54,804 nt of DNA from Parasitella parasitica NRRL 2501 (GCA_025201805.1 MU619402.1:5475-60278); one strand, 5' to 3'; numbered from the stretch's first letter, positions 39,001 through 52,896 are shown. The notes: a model not told the origin generated them from the letters alone. Made by a program: numbers and translations.

Positions 39001-42000
39001 TTGCGTAGTGCGAGAGATGGCGACCTTTTGGTTAGCACGAGGGCGGAAAATGCGTCGGACAGCATTTTCGGAAAACATTTTGCCCTGAACGATAAAGGGG
39101 GATGTCAAGATAGCACGGAGCCAGCTGTAAGAAGAGCCTGCAATGGCTTGAATCCAGTCATTTTCGGCAGGAACATCCTCGGCGCCAATTTCAAAGACGC
39201 TTTCAGTAGCATTGCCTGATACTTCATTGATCCGAGCCTTTTGAACAGGAAGACCACCGAGATATTCAATCTTGGGGATGTCAGCATCTTTGTAAAAGCG
39301 CTCCTTCAGGCTGTTAATATGACTATGATAGATGCCTCCAAGAATCTCTCCAACGGACTGATCTGTGCGAGTAGAATACCTAGCAGCAACTGGGCCGTGG
39401 AGAATACATGTGCGCTGGACATCCTGGTCTACAACAGCGCCAAGGTCTTCAGATTGCCAGAGAGAATCCTTCTTGAACCAAATGTCAAATTCCTTGTCCA
39501 TGACAGGAATGAATGGAACCGGTTTTTGATTAGGTCTTTTGCAAAGAGAGAGAAAGTGCAGAACATCCTCAGATGTCAAGAGCTGGGCTTCAGCTTGAGA
39601 GAATTGACTCAGGAAATCATCCACAAACGATGTAGGGTTGTCCAATTGGGAGTAGTTTTGAAGCAAAGAGGGTCCCACCTGCTCCGCGAAACGCTCTTCA
39701 ACGCGACGCATGAAATCACCAACCAGGTTGCGAAAGGAGACATCAATCCAACGGTTTTCCAGTTTGACATAGAGCAAACCAAGCATACGACGAATAACCT
39801 CGGAATACGTCATGTCTTGAAGGTCTACTGCTTCGCCATTACTGTTTTCGCCAAACCAAACCTTTTGGAAATCAGCATTCAGACGCTTGATGATATAATC
39901 CTTCTTAGCCAGTAGTGCAGGTAGACGCTTCTCCTTGGGCAAAGTAAAAATGCTGTCATCAAGCTCTTTCCAGAGACGAACACCACGAGTAGCAACCTTG
40001 TGGATAGGCTCTCCCATTTCGGAAAGGACAGTGATAACACCGCCAGCAGGACCCTTGTAGGTCTTTTCCCATTCACTGTCAGTAAGTCCTGGAGCGTCTA
40101 CCATAGCTTGCTTAGCATCGGGAGACGCTAGACCCTCCTTGGCCACCATCATGCGCGAGCCGAAAAGAATACCATCAAACGGCATAGGCGGGTAGCCGAA
40201 CGGAAGAGACCAATCGCCAGTCATGTACGGCAACGTATCATCGGCGCCTCCAAAACCAGATCCAGCAACAAGCACAATATTGGATTGACGGCGGATAGCG
40301 GCATATGTTTCGAGTATGGGTTGGTGTACGTCTTCAAAGCCATGGTGACCGCCACCACGTCCACCAGTCCACTGCAAAATAATAGGCATCGTAGGATTCG
40401 CAGCGGCAATAGACACTACTTGACGGATGGAGTCAGCGCTTCCAGGCTTGAAGGCGATATGGCGGAGACCAGCAGCCTGTACATTAGCAATGATTTCGTT
40501 TGCGTTGTCAATGCTTGGAACACCAGCAGCAATGCAAAGACCCTCTATAGGTAGCCCCTCTTTGCGCATCACTTGAATGAGAGGATACTGAAAGCCCCAT
40601 TGAAGAACGTTCAAAAAGATAACGTTGAGATTGATGCCTTCTCCAGGGCGAGTGAGGTGCATTATTTTCTCGACTTTTTCGCGAAGAGCAGCTTCACTGA
40701 AATGTCCACCGCCTGCAACTTCTATATGATAGCCAGCATTCATGACAGCAGCTACAAAGTTTTCATTTACAGTGGTCGGAGTCATGCCAGCAACCATAAT
40801 TGGAGGCTTTCCCAACAAACGAGACATCTTGGTGTCTACGTCGATGCGGCCGCTGATTAAGAAGCAGCTTTAGCAAAATGTTGTATGCACTTGAGAGAGA
40901 ATGATTGCTTATGGCTTACCTTGCAGTTTCAACAAGCTTGGGCTGGAAAAGCTTGGCCCAATTTTGCGAATACTTTACAGAGTTGATGTTTGAATTAAAG
41001 AGATCAGCCTTGTAGGATAGATCCTTATTGGACCCTTCAAGCGAGCCAGCCAAGACGACCTCGACACCAGTACCTTCCTTATTGCGGTAAGTCAATCCAC
41101 CGATGCCAGATGTACCACCAGGCCCAAAATCAATGATATGAGTTAAATCCTGCGTGGCAATTGACTTCTCCCAGTGCACAGGGCGTTTGCAAATTAGCTC
41201 GATCAATGCTCTTGTAAGATCAGCCTCAGAGCAAAGGTCTCTACCTGCCGAGCATTTGATCTTTAGCAAATTGCTTTGCTTACCAACACGTATGAATGTC
41301 TTACCTGAATCAGTGGCGAATACTGGGATTTTCAAATCGCTAGAGTCGAATAATAGGCGATTCTTTGTGGCGTCTTCCAAGATGGTATCAACGGTAGGTT
41401 CCAAATAAGAGCTGTGGAATCTGGCAGTGACGGGCAAGAAGCGAGAGGAAAACTTGATTTTGCGCTGAGAATGAGGAATACGCGATTGATCGAGGCTGGA
41501 AGGTGCCTTGAGTTTGCGTAAACCGAGGTTCAAGCCGTACAAGGATTGCGGCGGACCCGTACAGACAAAAGAGCGAGGGCCATTGAACAGTGTAAGCTCG
41601 ATTTGGCGTTCAGGGGCGAGATGAGTGTTGGTTTGGTCAATATACTTGATCAGTTGTGCTTCCCGAAGGCCTGTTACTGCCAACATGGGACTAGGGTTAC
41701 CTTCGCCGCTGCTGATGGAGTCTTCTATCACGGATGGGTTCAAGGTGAACGAGGGAAACTCTTGCTGCGCCCTGGTACCGATCCAGAAAAGCAATCCCAA
41801 CGCCTTTTCAGTATTCTTGGCGAATTCTTCTTCGGTGGATGAAGCAGAGATAACAATAGAACTGATGATACCTTGACTATGACCAGTAGTACCTATCATG
41901 CATACATTTTCAATATTGGTAATGGCAAATGCGCAGTCTTTCTTATCAACTTACCTTGAAGTAAATCACGAATTTCAGCTGGGTTACGGCCAAGGATATG

Positions 42001-42732
42001 AAGCATTACATAGTAATGAAGCAATTGAGTGAGCCCGATTAATGGGAAGCTGACTGGAGCAGAAACCAGGTATTGGGCATCGGGCCTAACATCGGCATCA
42101 TCTAGCCAGCGCAAAATATCCAATCCTTTAGAGTGCAGGACCTTGGATTCAGTGCCGTGAGCATAGTCAGCCAAAACTACGGCCATTCGACGAATAAAAG
42201 GCTTGACGATGCCTTTGTAGGTCTCCCAAATATCAGCGAGCTCGTCGAAATACTCTTCAGTATTACCTTGTCCACCAAAAATAGCAAAGAGTTTAGCCTC
42301 ACCAGATTTAGCGGCTTCAAACAAAGCAGATCTTGCTGGCTTTAGGTCTTGCGCGCATAGGACATTGCGGTTCCTTTGAAGGTAGGCAAGAGAAGAATAG
42401 TAGTTTTTGAGGACAGATTTCCTGACATCGAGAGGAAGCTCCTGTGCGATGGCGTGGATGTTGTTGTTTTTGAGATAGACGTTGTTAAAGTTGGTCAAGA
42501 GAGCTCCAGCTACTTGAGAGTAGATTTCTTCTTTGGCAGCACGGTCAGAGGCAAATTTCAAGAAGCTGGAAGCTAGTGCAATTTCGCTCAAGCTTTCATT
42601 GTCTTGACAGATTGAAAAGTCTTCTTTCAGCTGCTCTGCAAATCCCCAAATGTCTGCAGCCACAAGAACAGAGACTTCTACAGAGCCCTTTTTAAGCGTT
42701 AAAGGGCGAAGAGATTGTTGGATTTGATTCAT
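30100..42732 (-). CDS. Single-polypeptide fungal type I fatty acid synthase: AT-ER-DH-MPT-ACP-ACP-KR-KS-PPT (about 4127 aa, 5 exons)
   Basis: Introns at 41954-41893, 41304-41245, 40919-40853 and 32519-32460 join all track ORFs in one frame. Motifs: GHSQG (AT), GGRGGGHH (ER), GDFNPIH (DH), GHSLGEY (MPT), GKSTLQNE twice (ACP), YGESK (KR), ACAT/FHGTST/TGHPKG (KS), GVDVE...WSAKEA (PPT). Confidence 0.97.
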
Positions 42733-44063
42733 GACGTCTAGAATTGGATTAACTACAATGTCGCACAGTAAACAGGCAATGGATGGTGTACCTTAAAAAA
42801 CGGGGCTCTAAAGGTTTGTATAATGCAATGCAATATGATATGATATGATATGATTTGATTTGTATTTTGACCAAGCTTTTATTCCCCAATAAAAGAATGA
42901 AAAAAAAAAAAGAAAAAAGTTATCAATGCTTATAGACAAATGGTAAAACAAGCAAAAGAATTACTGATATTCTTGATTCCATGTTAAATTAAAACAGAAA
43001 CCTAAATGGGGCTCATTTTACTCCCCAAAAGTTGACAGAAACTACTACACAATGACAAACAGGTTGAGAAACATCCCAAGTCAACATTAAGAAACCGATG
43101 GCCTTATCATGATCTGCGCTATATCAATGCTTTTGGAGGTCGGTAGAATGGCAGCATTGCAGCAGGAAATACGCTCAAATAATAAAAGACGTAGATTTTC
43201 ATGCATCAAGTACATATGATCCAAAGATCTTTTACCATTGCTCATCAAACATAGTCTGCTGAAATGTCAGATAATCCTAATTTGACATACGGTTTGCTCG
43301 TGTATAGATAAAGTATATCAAAAGTCAACAGACAGATAACCCATTGTATTCGCATTTGCTAACAATGCATATATATATATATATATATATATACAATCAT
43401 ATTTTGTTTTTGTATTTATGTCTGATGCGTTCAAATATTCTGAAAGCTAGAAATACAAAATTTTATCATGTTATAACTGAGCCAAATGTTGGTAAAACTT
43501 TATCTCGGGACTTGAAAGGTCGACAAAAAGTGGTGCAATGATTGAGGAAATGGGGTCATCTATAAATGAAATGGCAGATCTATTCTAAGCTGCAAACGTT
43601 GGGTTACAACATTCTTGCAAGGGGCGTCATTTGTATGTGCTACGGAGTGTTGCCTACGGATCTGGAGCAGAAATCAATTTCGGAGCTGGGAGGGGTATGC
43701 AAAGGTAGTTTCTTCTACGTAATATATGCATGCAAATGAGGAGGAAAATAAACAACCGTCTTGCACATAGAAGATTAGAAACATATATATATATACATAT
43801 ATATATATAAAGAAAAAATGCAAGGCATGGCAGCAGAAACCCTTCAATAGCATTGAAATGTTTCTAATCACCATTTAAAAAGGCAATGTCATAAATATAT
43901 CGCCTACTGACTATCCTTTAAGCCATATTGAGCACTTGCCCTAAGGCTGAAGCATTATTAGTACTCAGATCCCACATTGACAGTACAGCAAATTTCTGAA
44001 AAGCATTGTACTCTTTGCTGTTTCAAAATATGCGTTTTGTAAACGCATTTTTATTAGGATATT

Positions 44064-45901
44064 CTACATTAAACGACATGAATCTTTTAGATAATGTCTA
44101 TGATGATGGTGGTGATGGTGATGATGCGGTAAATTTTCTGTGGTAGTTTTTGTCTTGCTCTTGGTGTTCTTTTTATCGCAATTGCAGTGCTGTTCTTCCG
44201 TGTCTGTTTCGTGCGAAGAGAAAGAATCCGTAGGTTTGAGCTCTTGTTGCGTTTCTATAATCTCAGAATTTATAGACGATGTAGAGGACAATCCCAACGA
44301 ATTTCTTCTGTGGTGACATGTCTTGTCCAGTTCGTAGAAAACGATGTAAGCATTTTCTGCAAGATCTTGACAGACAGTCGATGAATCACTGGCATTGATT
44401 TGTGTAACACGACTGGAAGCATTCATATCGTCTAACTTTAGCCAATAGAATAATGGGTCGTGGTTTCCTTGGTCATCGTTTTCTTGCATCATGACTCTTG
44501 CGTAACTAATGTAATGACCACTGTAAGGCGAATCGCCCTTGTGGCAAACTGCGCTCTTAAAGTGCAATGTCCAGTTGATGAGATGACCACAAGTCGGGCA
44601 CATCGGATCGTCGACGTTCTGGTTGACAAATCGATTAAAGTCTATAGTAGGCGGAATCTCGACATGCGTCTTCATTTTGACTGAACCTCCCGAGTTGTTG
44701 TAGCGATAGCGTTTTAAAACGATGGGTAAAATCATGTGTGTATCCGGGAAGGAAGAGTCGACCTGAGTTTTGATTGGTTCGCCTTGCTCATTCGAGGCAG
44801 TGTAGAATGGCAACAGCTCCAATACTTGCCAAGCGGTGACAGCTTGCTCGTCTCTCATACCATTTTTACTGTTGGCCCTTTTAAGCAGCTTCTTGAGGGT
44901 ATATTTCTCGTCTATTTTGCTCAGCTCTCTCTCTTCCATGAGGGTTTGAATTGAAGGAGACTCAGCCATGTTTTCAGTTACATTTTGTTCCACGTCGCAA
45001 TCCACTTGTCGTCTTACACCCGTGATGATGTTATTATAGAAATAGTCGACTAAAATGTCCTGTAGTTTCACATCCTCTTTTGTGGAGTCATTGCTGTTGT
45101 CAGGAATGGATAGCGTCAAGGTCCGGTCGGTCATGACTCGATCATCATCTGTGTCTTTGTTGGCCCCGTGAAATAATCGAATTTGAAACTATAAAGACGC
45201 ATTTAATGAGTGAGATTGTGTGCAAAACACTAATCACCTACAGGCAGATAAGGCAAGTCAAAGGTTTCTGTGATGAACATGAACAGCTCGCTGGCATCCT
45301 CTTGAGTCCATTCGCCCAAGTCATTTTGGCCACTCCATTTTGCATCTTTCATCACTTTTCTAAGCCAGTGGACATAGTCTGCATTCACAAGATGCCCTTT
45401 TCTCAGCTTGTTGACAAAAAGACGCATTAGCGTCTGTAATTTGATTTTTTCGTCTTGGTCGGAAGGTATGTCATAGGTCAGTAGCGGGTCGAATGTTGTG
45501 TTGGCAATGAACATGGCAAATAAAAGAGCGTCTATGTAGCAAGATGTACCGCCGTCATTTTCGGAGCCGAGCAGTTGTTTGTCAATGCTGTTTGGAGGTT
45601 CAACCAATATGCCATGAGAGGCTTCCTCGTAATCAATCAAATCTGCCATAGACTTTTTCGAGTCCCAGTCATGGCTCTCCAATATGCTTGCAAATAACTC
45701 ATGGTCTAGAGTCACTGAAAAGTTGTTTTGAGCATAGTTTGATAGCAGAGTGATTTTGTTGTTTTGCTCTGACGTTCGTTTTTCTTTGGACGACATGAAT
45801 CTCGATTTACTACTGAATTTGTAGTAATGCGGAAATACCAGCTTCCAGAAGCGATCTCTCTTTCGGTGAGCTTTCTTTTTTTTCTCTTCTTTGCTGTCCA
45901 T
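44064..45901 (-). CDS. Ubiquitin-specific protease (peptidase C19), 2 exons
   Basis: Cys box NDGGTSCYIDALLFAMF, QEDASE, His box VCHKGDSPYSGHYISY, WLKLDD; intron at 45241-45189. Confidence 0.88.
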
Positions 45902-48308
45902 TTCACAAATGTAGGAAGGAAGAAGGAAAAAAAAAGAGGAATTTTTAAAGAGAACTAAAATCCCATGCTTTTTTTTTTTGATATCAATGTGAATCAGACA
46001 AGTCACCCCAAAATGAAGGTGTTTTAGACAGTGCATAAATGGGTGATATTCAATACTGCCTTCTTAGGGCACAAAATCATGTTTATTCAGGTCAAAATCA
46101 TCTTTTTCTTTTGTTGCCATTTTCTTGTTTTTGCACTTCATCATTGTTAGTACAGTGAGAATCAAGTAAAAAGTGTTTCTCAACAACATCAAAGTTGCTA
46201 ATCTCATGTAAAAAATGCATCTTTGCTTGATTTTTTAAGTTTATGCAACACTAATTTTCCAAGTTGCTTTTTCTTTTTCCTTTTGGAGATGCTAGAGTTA
46301 AAGGAGCAATATGGGATTGGTGGGAGCCTCGCTGGAAAACTGAGCTGATATATAAATGTGGACATATCTCTGTGTAATGGTTTGTGGATGGGGAAGGGAT
46401 TATGTGTTAGATGTTCAACAAACCTCAGTATTAGCGAAACCGCCTGGCAAAAATTCTTGTTGTGCTTTGTTCTAGCAGCAACTATCATACTCCTTAACTT
46501 GTAAATTTTATCAATTTAATTTGATTTAACAACTTTCCGTAAAACGAGCTGGTCTGTACCGCTCCATGAAGTAAAGCGGTTCAACCTCATTATTACGCCG
46601 CATTTGATGATGGCAACCTCTTTAGCAAATATTTATTCTGGTGATGACACAATGTCTTTATTACTTTCATTTTGCTACTACAATATTGTAGAAAAAATAT
46701 TTATATCATCATACTTTATATTCTGCTTCGTCTGGTATATACCTTGTTCCCGTTAATGTATCTATATAAACACCTGGCTACAAGAAATGCAAATAAACGC
46801 CTACACTGTTGCATAAAAGACAAGCCAAACCATGTTTTATACTGGTTTGATACCATCATGATTAGGGCTATCTGATATATATTATTTCCACTCGGTAAAG
46901 CATATATCAAGACTTTATTTTATTCATAGAATATGATGGCTACTATTATTTTAACTCTGTCTGTTGTCATGGCAACTGTTCCTGATCGGATCAAAGGTTA
47001 AATGTCGTTGGGAAATAAATGGAATTAATTATGAAATATCTTGTGTAAGAAACCATTGATTTAGCTCTGCTTACTCCAAATTACATAGCTAAGATTATTA
47101 TTGAATGACTCACATTAATAATGCTTAACTGAACGAATATAAATATATATTTCTCTGATAAATGCTGCGTGGTTATATTCTTGTTTGACAATTAATTGTC
47201 AAACATGATCTGACGGTGTTCATAGATTGATTTCCGTAGATTTATTCTAAATAAATAGACAGTTCTTATCAATCAGTAAAATCTTAACGTTGTATCTAGT
47301 TACTTCAAATTCTTTATTATTTTCCTAGTTTTATCGTATACGATCATCTGCTACCCTTTTCGAGAGCTGTAGTGTCGTACATTAGTTTTGACACTCAACT
47401 TCAAAACAATATAAATAGTAAATCATATGTCAAATTGAATAAACCTCATCTTTTAACTGATACATATATTTGCCTTATCGAATTTACAATTATCACGACA
47501 TGAGCATGAAGAGATATAAATGAGTAGGAAGAAGAATGCCTGTATTCCTTAACATTAAAAAATTGCAAAAAGAGGTAGTTCCCATCAGTAGTGGTAGTAT
47601 ACTTAGATGCTTCTCCAACGTGCTATCTCACAGCCGAACCAGTGCTCTAGGTTTTCCCTGCTGTATTGCTACCCTCGGGCGTTTCCCCAGTATTGAACAA
47701 CCTCCAGATCCAAGCCTACGCTCAAACCTGAATGTTGACACCGGACTCTCTAAGACACTGTTTTCGACAAAGCATAAAGCAGACCGTGAGCCCACCAACT
47801 AATGAATTCATCTCTTTGTAGACCGCAACCCTGCTTACAGAAAGCTGTGAAACTTTCCGGTCGCTTCTCTCATCACATCTAATGCTTTTATAACCCATCC
47901 ACATAGTGACTTGACAAGTTGTGGGTTGCTATCATGTTTAGCCCAATATTTTAGTGTTTTGTAAATTAAATGCTATCATTATGTTCTATATCCCAAACTT
48001 ATGTTTGTTAATATTTCATCAGGCATATATCATGTAATTTAATGACACTTGATCCATTTTTTTTTTATGATTCAGGGTTTGTTACATAGTGAGAACCCCG
48101 CAAACAGAGCTGGACAAAGGTGACGTAAAGATACATGGTGCAATAAACGAGCTGGGGGAGCCAATTGTTCAGTGATGGAGGAACCTGGGAGATTCAGAAA
48201 AAAAAAATGCCATGTTGATTTTCGAATCGATCCCTTTTCTTTACGATAAACTCCATCTCCCCACTCTAAAATAGAACAAATTTCTTTCGTAGAGACAAAA
48301 TTTCAATC

Positions 48309-49189
48309 ATGGCTTCATTAGCACGTACTTTTGCCTCTTCTATTTCTAACCGTACTTATACCTCTGCATCTGCAGCCGCTCCTGCTTTAAAGAGATTTTA
48401 TAGTGTCGCCACAGGCAGCAACAGCAAAGAAGAAGAGCAAAAAAATAGAAATGCCACCGGTATCATTAATAAGGCTGCTTTAAACACCATCTCCACTCAA
48501 GCCTCTATGCAAATGCGCCACAACACTACAAACATTCCTGATTTTTCAAAGTACAAGAAGGTCAAGAATAGCGGTGAAGCCAGCCGTACTTTTACCTATA
48601 TGATGATTGGTGCTACCGGCTTGGTCTCTGCTGCTGGTGCTCAAGCTACTGTTACAGATTTTTTGGCCAACATGTCTGCCTCTGCCGATGTTTTGGCTTT
48701 GGCCAAGGCTGAAGTTGATATGTCTGTCATTCCCGAGGGTAAAAATGTCACCATCAAGTGGAGAGGAAAGCCCGTTTTCATCCGTCATCGTACCGATGCT
48801 GAGATTGCTGAAGCTAACGAAGTCCAAGTTTCTTCTTTGCGTGATCCTCAAACTGACGCTGAGCGTGTGAAGGATCCTCACTGGCTTGTCATGTTGGGTG
48901 TCTGCACTCATTTGTAAGTTGGCGTACTTATATAGCCATGTAATGTTGAAATGTTTATATATTTTACATAGGGGTTGTGTACCTATTGGTGAAGCTGGTG
49001 ATTTTGGTGGTTGGTATTGCCCTTGCCACGGTTCTCATTACGATATTTCTGGCCGTATTCGTCAAGGACCTGCTCCTCTCAACCTTGAAATTCCTGGTAA
49101 AATTTAGTAGTTTGTGCATGTGTTTAAAGCATATAATAACATTATCTGTAGAATACAGCTTCCAAGACGATAAACTCATCATCGGTTAG
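48309..49189 (+). CDS. RIP1: Cytochrome bc1 Rieske iron-sulfur subunit, 3 exons
   Basis: Mitochondrial presequence, [27 protein letters not shown] (split by an intron), [19 protein letters not shown]. Confidence 0.97.
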
Positions 49190-50088
49190 ACATTTTAATT
49201 TTTTTGATTACAACACTCACAGCAATACAGTACAGCACCAATTTTTATCCTTTATTTATAATATACACAATGTATTTATGCAATAGATCAGTATGTCTCT
49301 AAGAAATATTTTTTTCAAGATGGCTTTGTTTGACAGCTGCCAAAGGAAATTTGAGAGGGTTTATTGATACTGATGTATTCTACCTACATAATGAGTCTGA
49401 CAACTCTGCCAGCATCAGATCAGTAATATTACAGTCTTTGATTTACCTACAAGTAAATTTACATTGAAGTAGATGGTAAAATTAGGCTGTATTTTTATGA
49501 GTTTGATTCAAAGCGTGCTTTGACTGATGATAGTTCATTGTATAGTGATTGTATTATTTAATTCAAAGACGTGCTTCCAAAATATTAAACAAGAGTCCCA
49601 TCCGAAGGTAGACGGGAGAATAGAGGATGCTTGCTCATAAAACGAAACATTTAGAATTTTTCAAGAGCCACAGATGAATGAGAATGCACACCACAAGTCA
49701 AGGTTTGACTTGATTGTTGTCTTGAATGTGGGCATCTTGTTACTGTACCTCCTACTACCAATCACCTTCCAATTTTGTATTCGTAAAAAGAACTTTAGGT
49801 CTGTCCTAACTAACAACTGAATATATGAACGAAATATCACAAAGCAACTGTTTGAACCGATTTTACCCAAATCAATCCAGCTAGTTATTCACTGGTCAAT
49901 TATGCAAGACAATTGATGAAATGACATACTCCAATCGATGTTGGTTGAACGGCGTGCATGTTGTGTTCTATTTACACAAAACCTTATGATTTGAAAGCCG
50001 AGTGTCTCGATATGAAAAATATTTTTTTCATTTTTCTTCTTCTGTCAAAACACATTTATCAAACATATTCCCCACTCTTTTATCAAAC

Positions 50089-50868
50089 ATGTCAAACTTT
50101 GGCACAACATCCAGACCATTTCTATCAGTTTCGAAAGCCTACAACCTTCTTACAAAAGTTCAGACTACATCAGCAGTTGTTTTTTCCACATTTGCAGCTA
50201 TTCATGGAGCTCAATTATTAGCTGCCAACATTGGGGGAGTATATCTAGCCAACCACTGGCTCATTGTTGGCAGACCATTTTATCAGGATGAGCACATGGA
50301 GGGAATCTTGGTAACAGGGTCCGCTATTGCACATGTCATCGCTGGCCTCGCAAAGCTTGGTATCCGTCTTTATTGGAATAGAAACAAGAGCTTGAGAGCT
50401 GCCATCACACCGCCCAATCACGAAAACCATGTGTTGCGTTATCATGGATTGACAGGCTATTTACTGATCCCTCTAGCTGGTCTTCACTATTATTTGGTGC
50501 GCGGTTTGCCGATCAGTTACTATGGAGATTCGTCATTCATCGATTTTGGATATGTAGCCTGGGGATTGCAAAACAAACCTGTATTTTCGTATGGTTTACA
50601 TACAGCACTTGTTGTAGCTGCCTCCTATCATATAGTGAGTGGTATGAAGTATGTTTTCCAAGGAAAAAATCGCTCTATTGAACCTGTGGATTCACCTCAA
50701 GCATTTCGAAATGACGAATCGCAAGTAGATCGAACCCATTCTGTTCAAAAAAGTATCATTGTAGGCCTTAGTTTAGCTCTTGTTTCTAGTCTATTAATTG
50801 TCGGCAGAGATACCAAGAAAATACCCTTACGTTTTGATTTTGCAAAAATGTATGCTCGCATTATCTAG
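50089..50868 (+). CDS. MCP1: Mitochondrial outer-membrane MCP1-like (DUF1691) protein
   Basis: Multi-TM protein with His-bearing helices: VQTTSAVVFSTFAAIHG, GRPFYQ, AHVIAG, HGLTGYLLIPLAGLHY, YHIVSG. Confidence 0.7.
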   Translation: MSNFGTTSRPFLSVSKAYNLLTKVQTTSAVVFSTFAAIHGAQLLAANIGGVYLANHWLIVGRPFYQDEHMEGILVTGSAIAHVIAGLAKLGIRLYWNRNKSLRAAITPPNHENHVLRYHGLTGYLLIPLAGLHYYLVRGLPISYYGDSSFIDFGYVAWGLQNKPVFSYGLHTALVVAASYHIVSGMKYVFQGKNRSIEPVDSPQAFRNDESQVDRTHSVQKSIIVGLSLALVSSLLIVGRDTKKIPLRFDFAKMYARII

Positions 50869-51120
50869 CCAATAAACTATTTATTTGGATTTCCTCTGCA
50901 GAGAAGTCATCTCACTTTTGTAAAATATTGAATGTCTGTAGCAAGCACAATTATTCTCTCAAGTCTTAGGCAGAGATCTAGGCAATACTTTTCTGTTTTA
51001 CTATTTTTTATATTTTATATTTTTGTTTAATTATTGAATAAAAACAATCGTTTGAATATGAGAAAATGTACAGTGAATGTTTAATTATCCAATAAACGTT
51101 TTTGGCTTTAATTCTGTCGA

Positions 51121-52896
51121 TTACATGCCCATCATTTCATTCAACCCACCAACAGCTTCCATCTGCTCTTTTGCAAACATCTCAAAGTACTGATAGATGA
51201 TAGTAACGCAAAGTAAGATACCAGTACCACTTCCAATTGCTCCCATTAGATCACTGAGCACACTAACAAGACCTAAGCAAGCACCGCCGAAACTGGCAGC
51301 CGCTAAAGAGCAAACACAAAAAAATTAGAGAAATGTCTTAATAAACTTTCAAATGAACAGACTTACTGGGAATCACGCGTTTCAGCTCCTTGTACATGGA
51401 GGTATCACGATACCCAGCAATTACAAGTTGTTGGTCCTTGAGCTGACGGGCAACATCACGAGGAGAAGAGCCAGAGATTTCAATCCAGGTCTTGGATAAA
51501 AGAGCGCAAGTGCCGATCATTAAGCCAACATAGATGACAAAATGGATGGGGTCCAAGAGAGCAGCGGTCAAACTGCGAGGAGCAGAGAGGTAGTAGGCAA
51601 GGCCGCCAACAGCATTCAATTGAGAAGTACCTTCCAAGGCTTCCCATGTACCCAAAAGACGGATAAAAAAGTTATCGGTGAAACGCTTGTAAAGCATTTG
51701 AGAAATCATGAAAACATTGGAGGTCAAGGTAGATTGAAGCATGATAGGCATGTTGGAGGTATAGAAAAGCTTAACAGGGTAAGAACCGCGTTGGCCACGG
51801 AGACGGTTTGACTTGACAGGTAATTCAACACGGAAGCCTTGCAAGTAAATGACAAGCAAAAAGATGGAACCAGTAGACAAAAGGCTCATGACATTGGGCA
51901 TATTGGTACGGTAAAATGCTTCCTTCAAGGCACGAGTCTTGTCCTTACGGGTCATCAAAAGATGAACCAAAGCAATAAGAGCACCTTCGAATTCATCACC
52001 ACGTCCACTATCCATGGTAGTAGGAGAAAGTGCCTTCCAGAAAATAGTCTCACAAATGTTGGTGGCGATGAAAAGATTGATACCTGAACCAAGACCGTAA
52101 CCCTTTTGTAGTAATTCGTCCAGTAACAAGGTGATAAATGAAGCGACAACAAGCTGAATAATCAAAATTAAACAAACACCAGCACCAATGTCACTAGGAT
52201 TACCGTAAAGGCCTGTCAAGACAGAAACGGTAGCATGACCAAAAGCAATAAGCATGGCAAATACTACAGGAAACCAAGTATGAGATCTCTTTTATCAAAA
52301 CGAATCCGTCTAGCGTATGCTTACATTTTTGTGCACCGCTGAAGAGGGCTCTGTCTTCCTTCAAGCTATAGTCAACTTCGATGATATTGGCACCGGATAA
52401 AAGCTGCATAATCATGCCTGAGGTAATGATGGGAGTGATACCCAGTTCCATGAGCGTACCACGATTTGAGGCAAGAATGACTCTCATCCAGAAAAGAGGA
52501 TCCGCAGAATCAGAGGACATTATACCGTAAAGAGGGACCTGCGACATGACCAAGAAAATGAACAATGTAACTGCAGTCCACATCACCTTTTGGTTGAAAG
52601 GAACCTGTAAAGGATACGCGTTAACGTTGCATGTTCCTTACTTATATGCTCATTTCACCTCTCTCTTTCTGTCATCCTCTTTTATCCTTTCTCTCTCCTC
52701 GCCCCCCCCTTCATTATTATTTTAGTAGGTTACCTTGCGATCAGGTGAAGCGATCTCTGGAAGAATAGCCATGAATGGCTGAACAAGATGTAAAATCCTG
52801 ACTATAAAACCATGTCAAAAAAAATTGAGTATATTGTATCATTCAACTTGAATATAATAGACCAATGAATGAAATCCAGTTCTACTTACAACCCAT
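51121..52896 (-). CDS. SEC61: Protein transport channel Sec61 alpha, 5 exons
   Basis: 7-nt first exon ATGGGTT, then [76 protein letters not shown]; stop at 51121-51123. Confidence 0.97.

Noticed and set aside
37351-39915. Long antisense ORFs (377 aa, 224 aa) inside the FAS
   Set aside because: Expected shadow frames of a codon-biased gene; no recognisable motifs.
5380-42732. UGT plus FAS as a glycolipid biosynthetic cluster
   Set aside because: They are about 23 kb apart, separated by housekeeping genes, with no P450, acyltransferase or transporter nearby.
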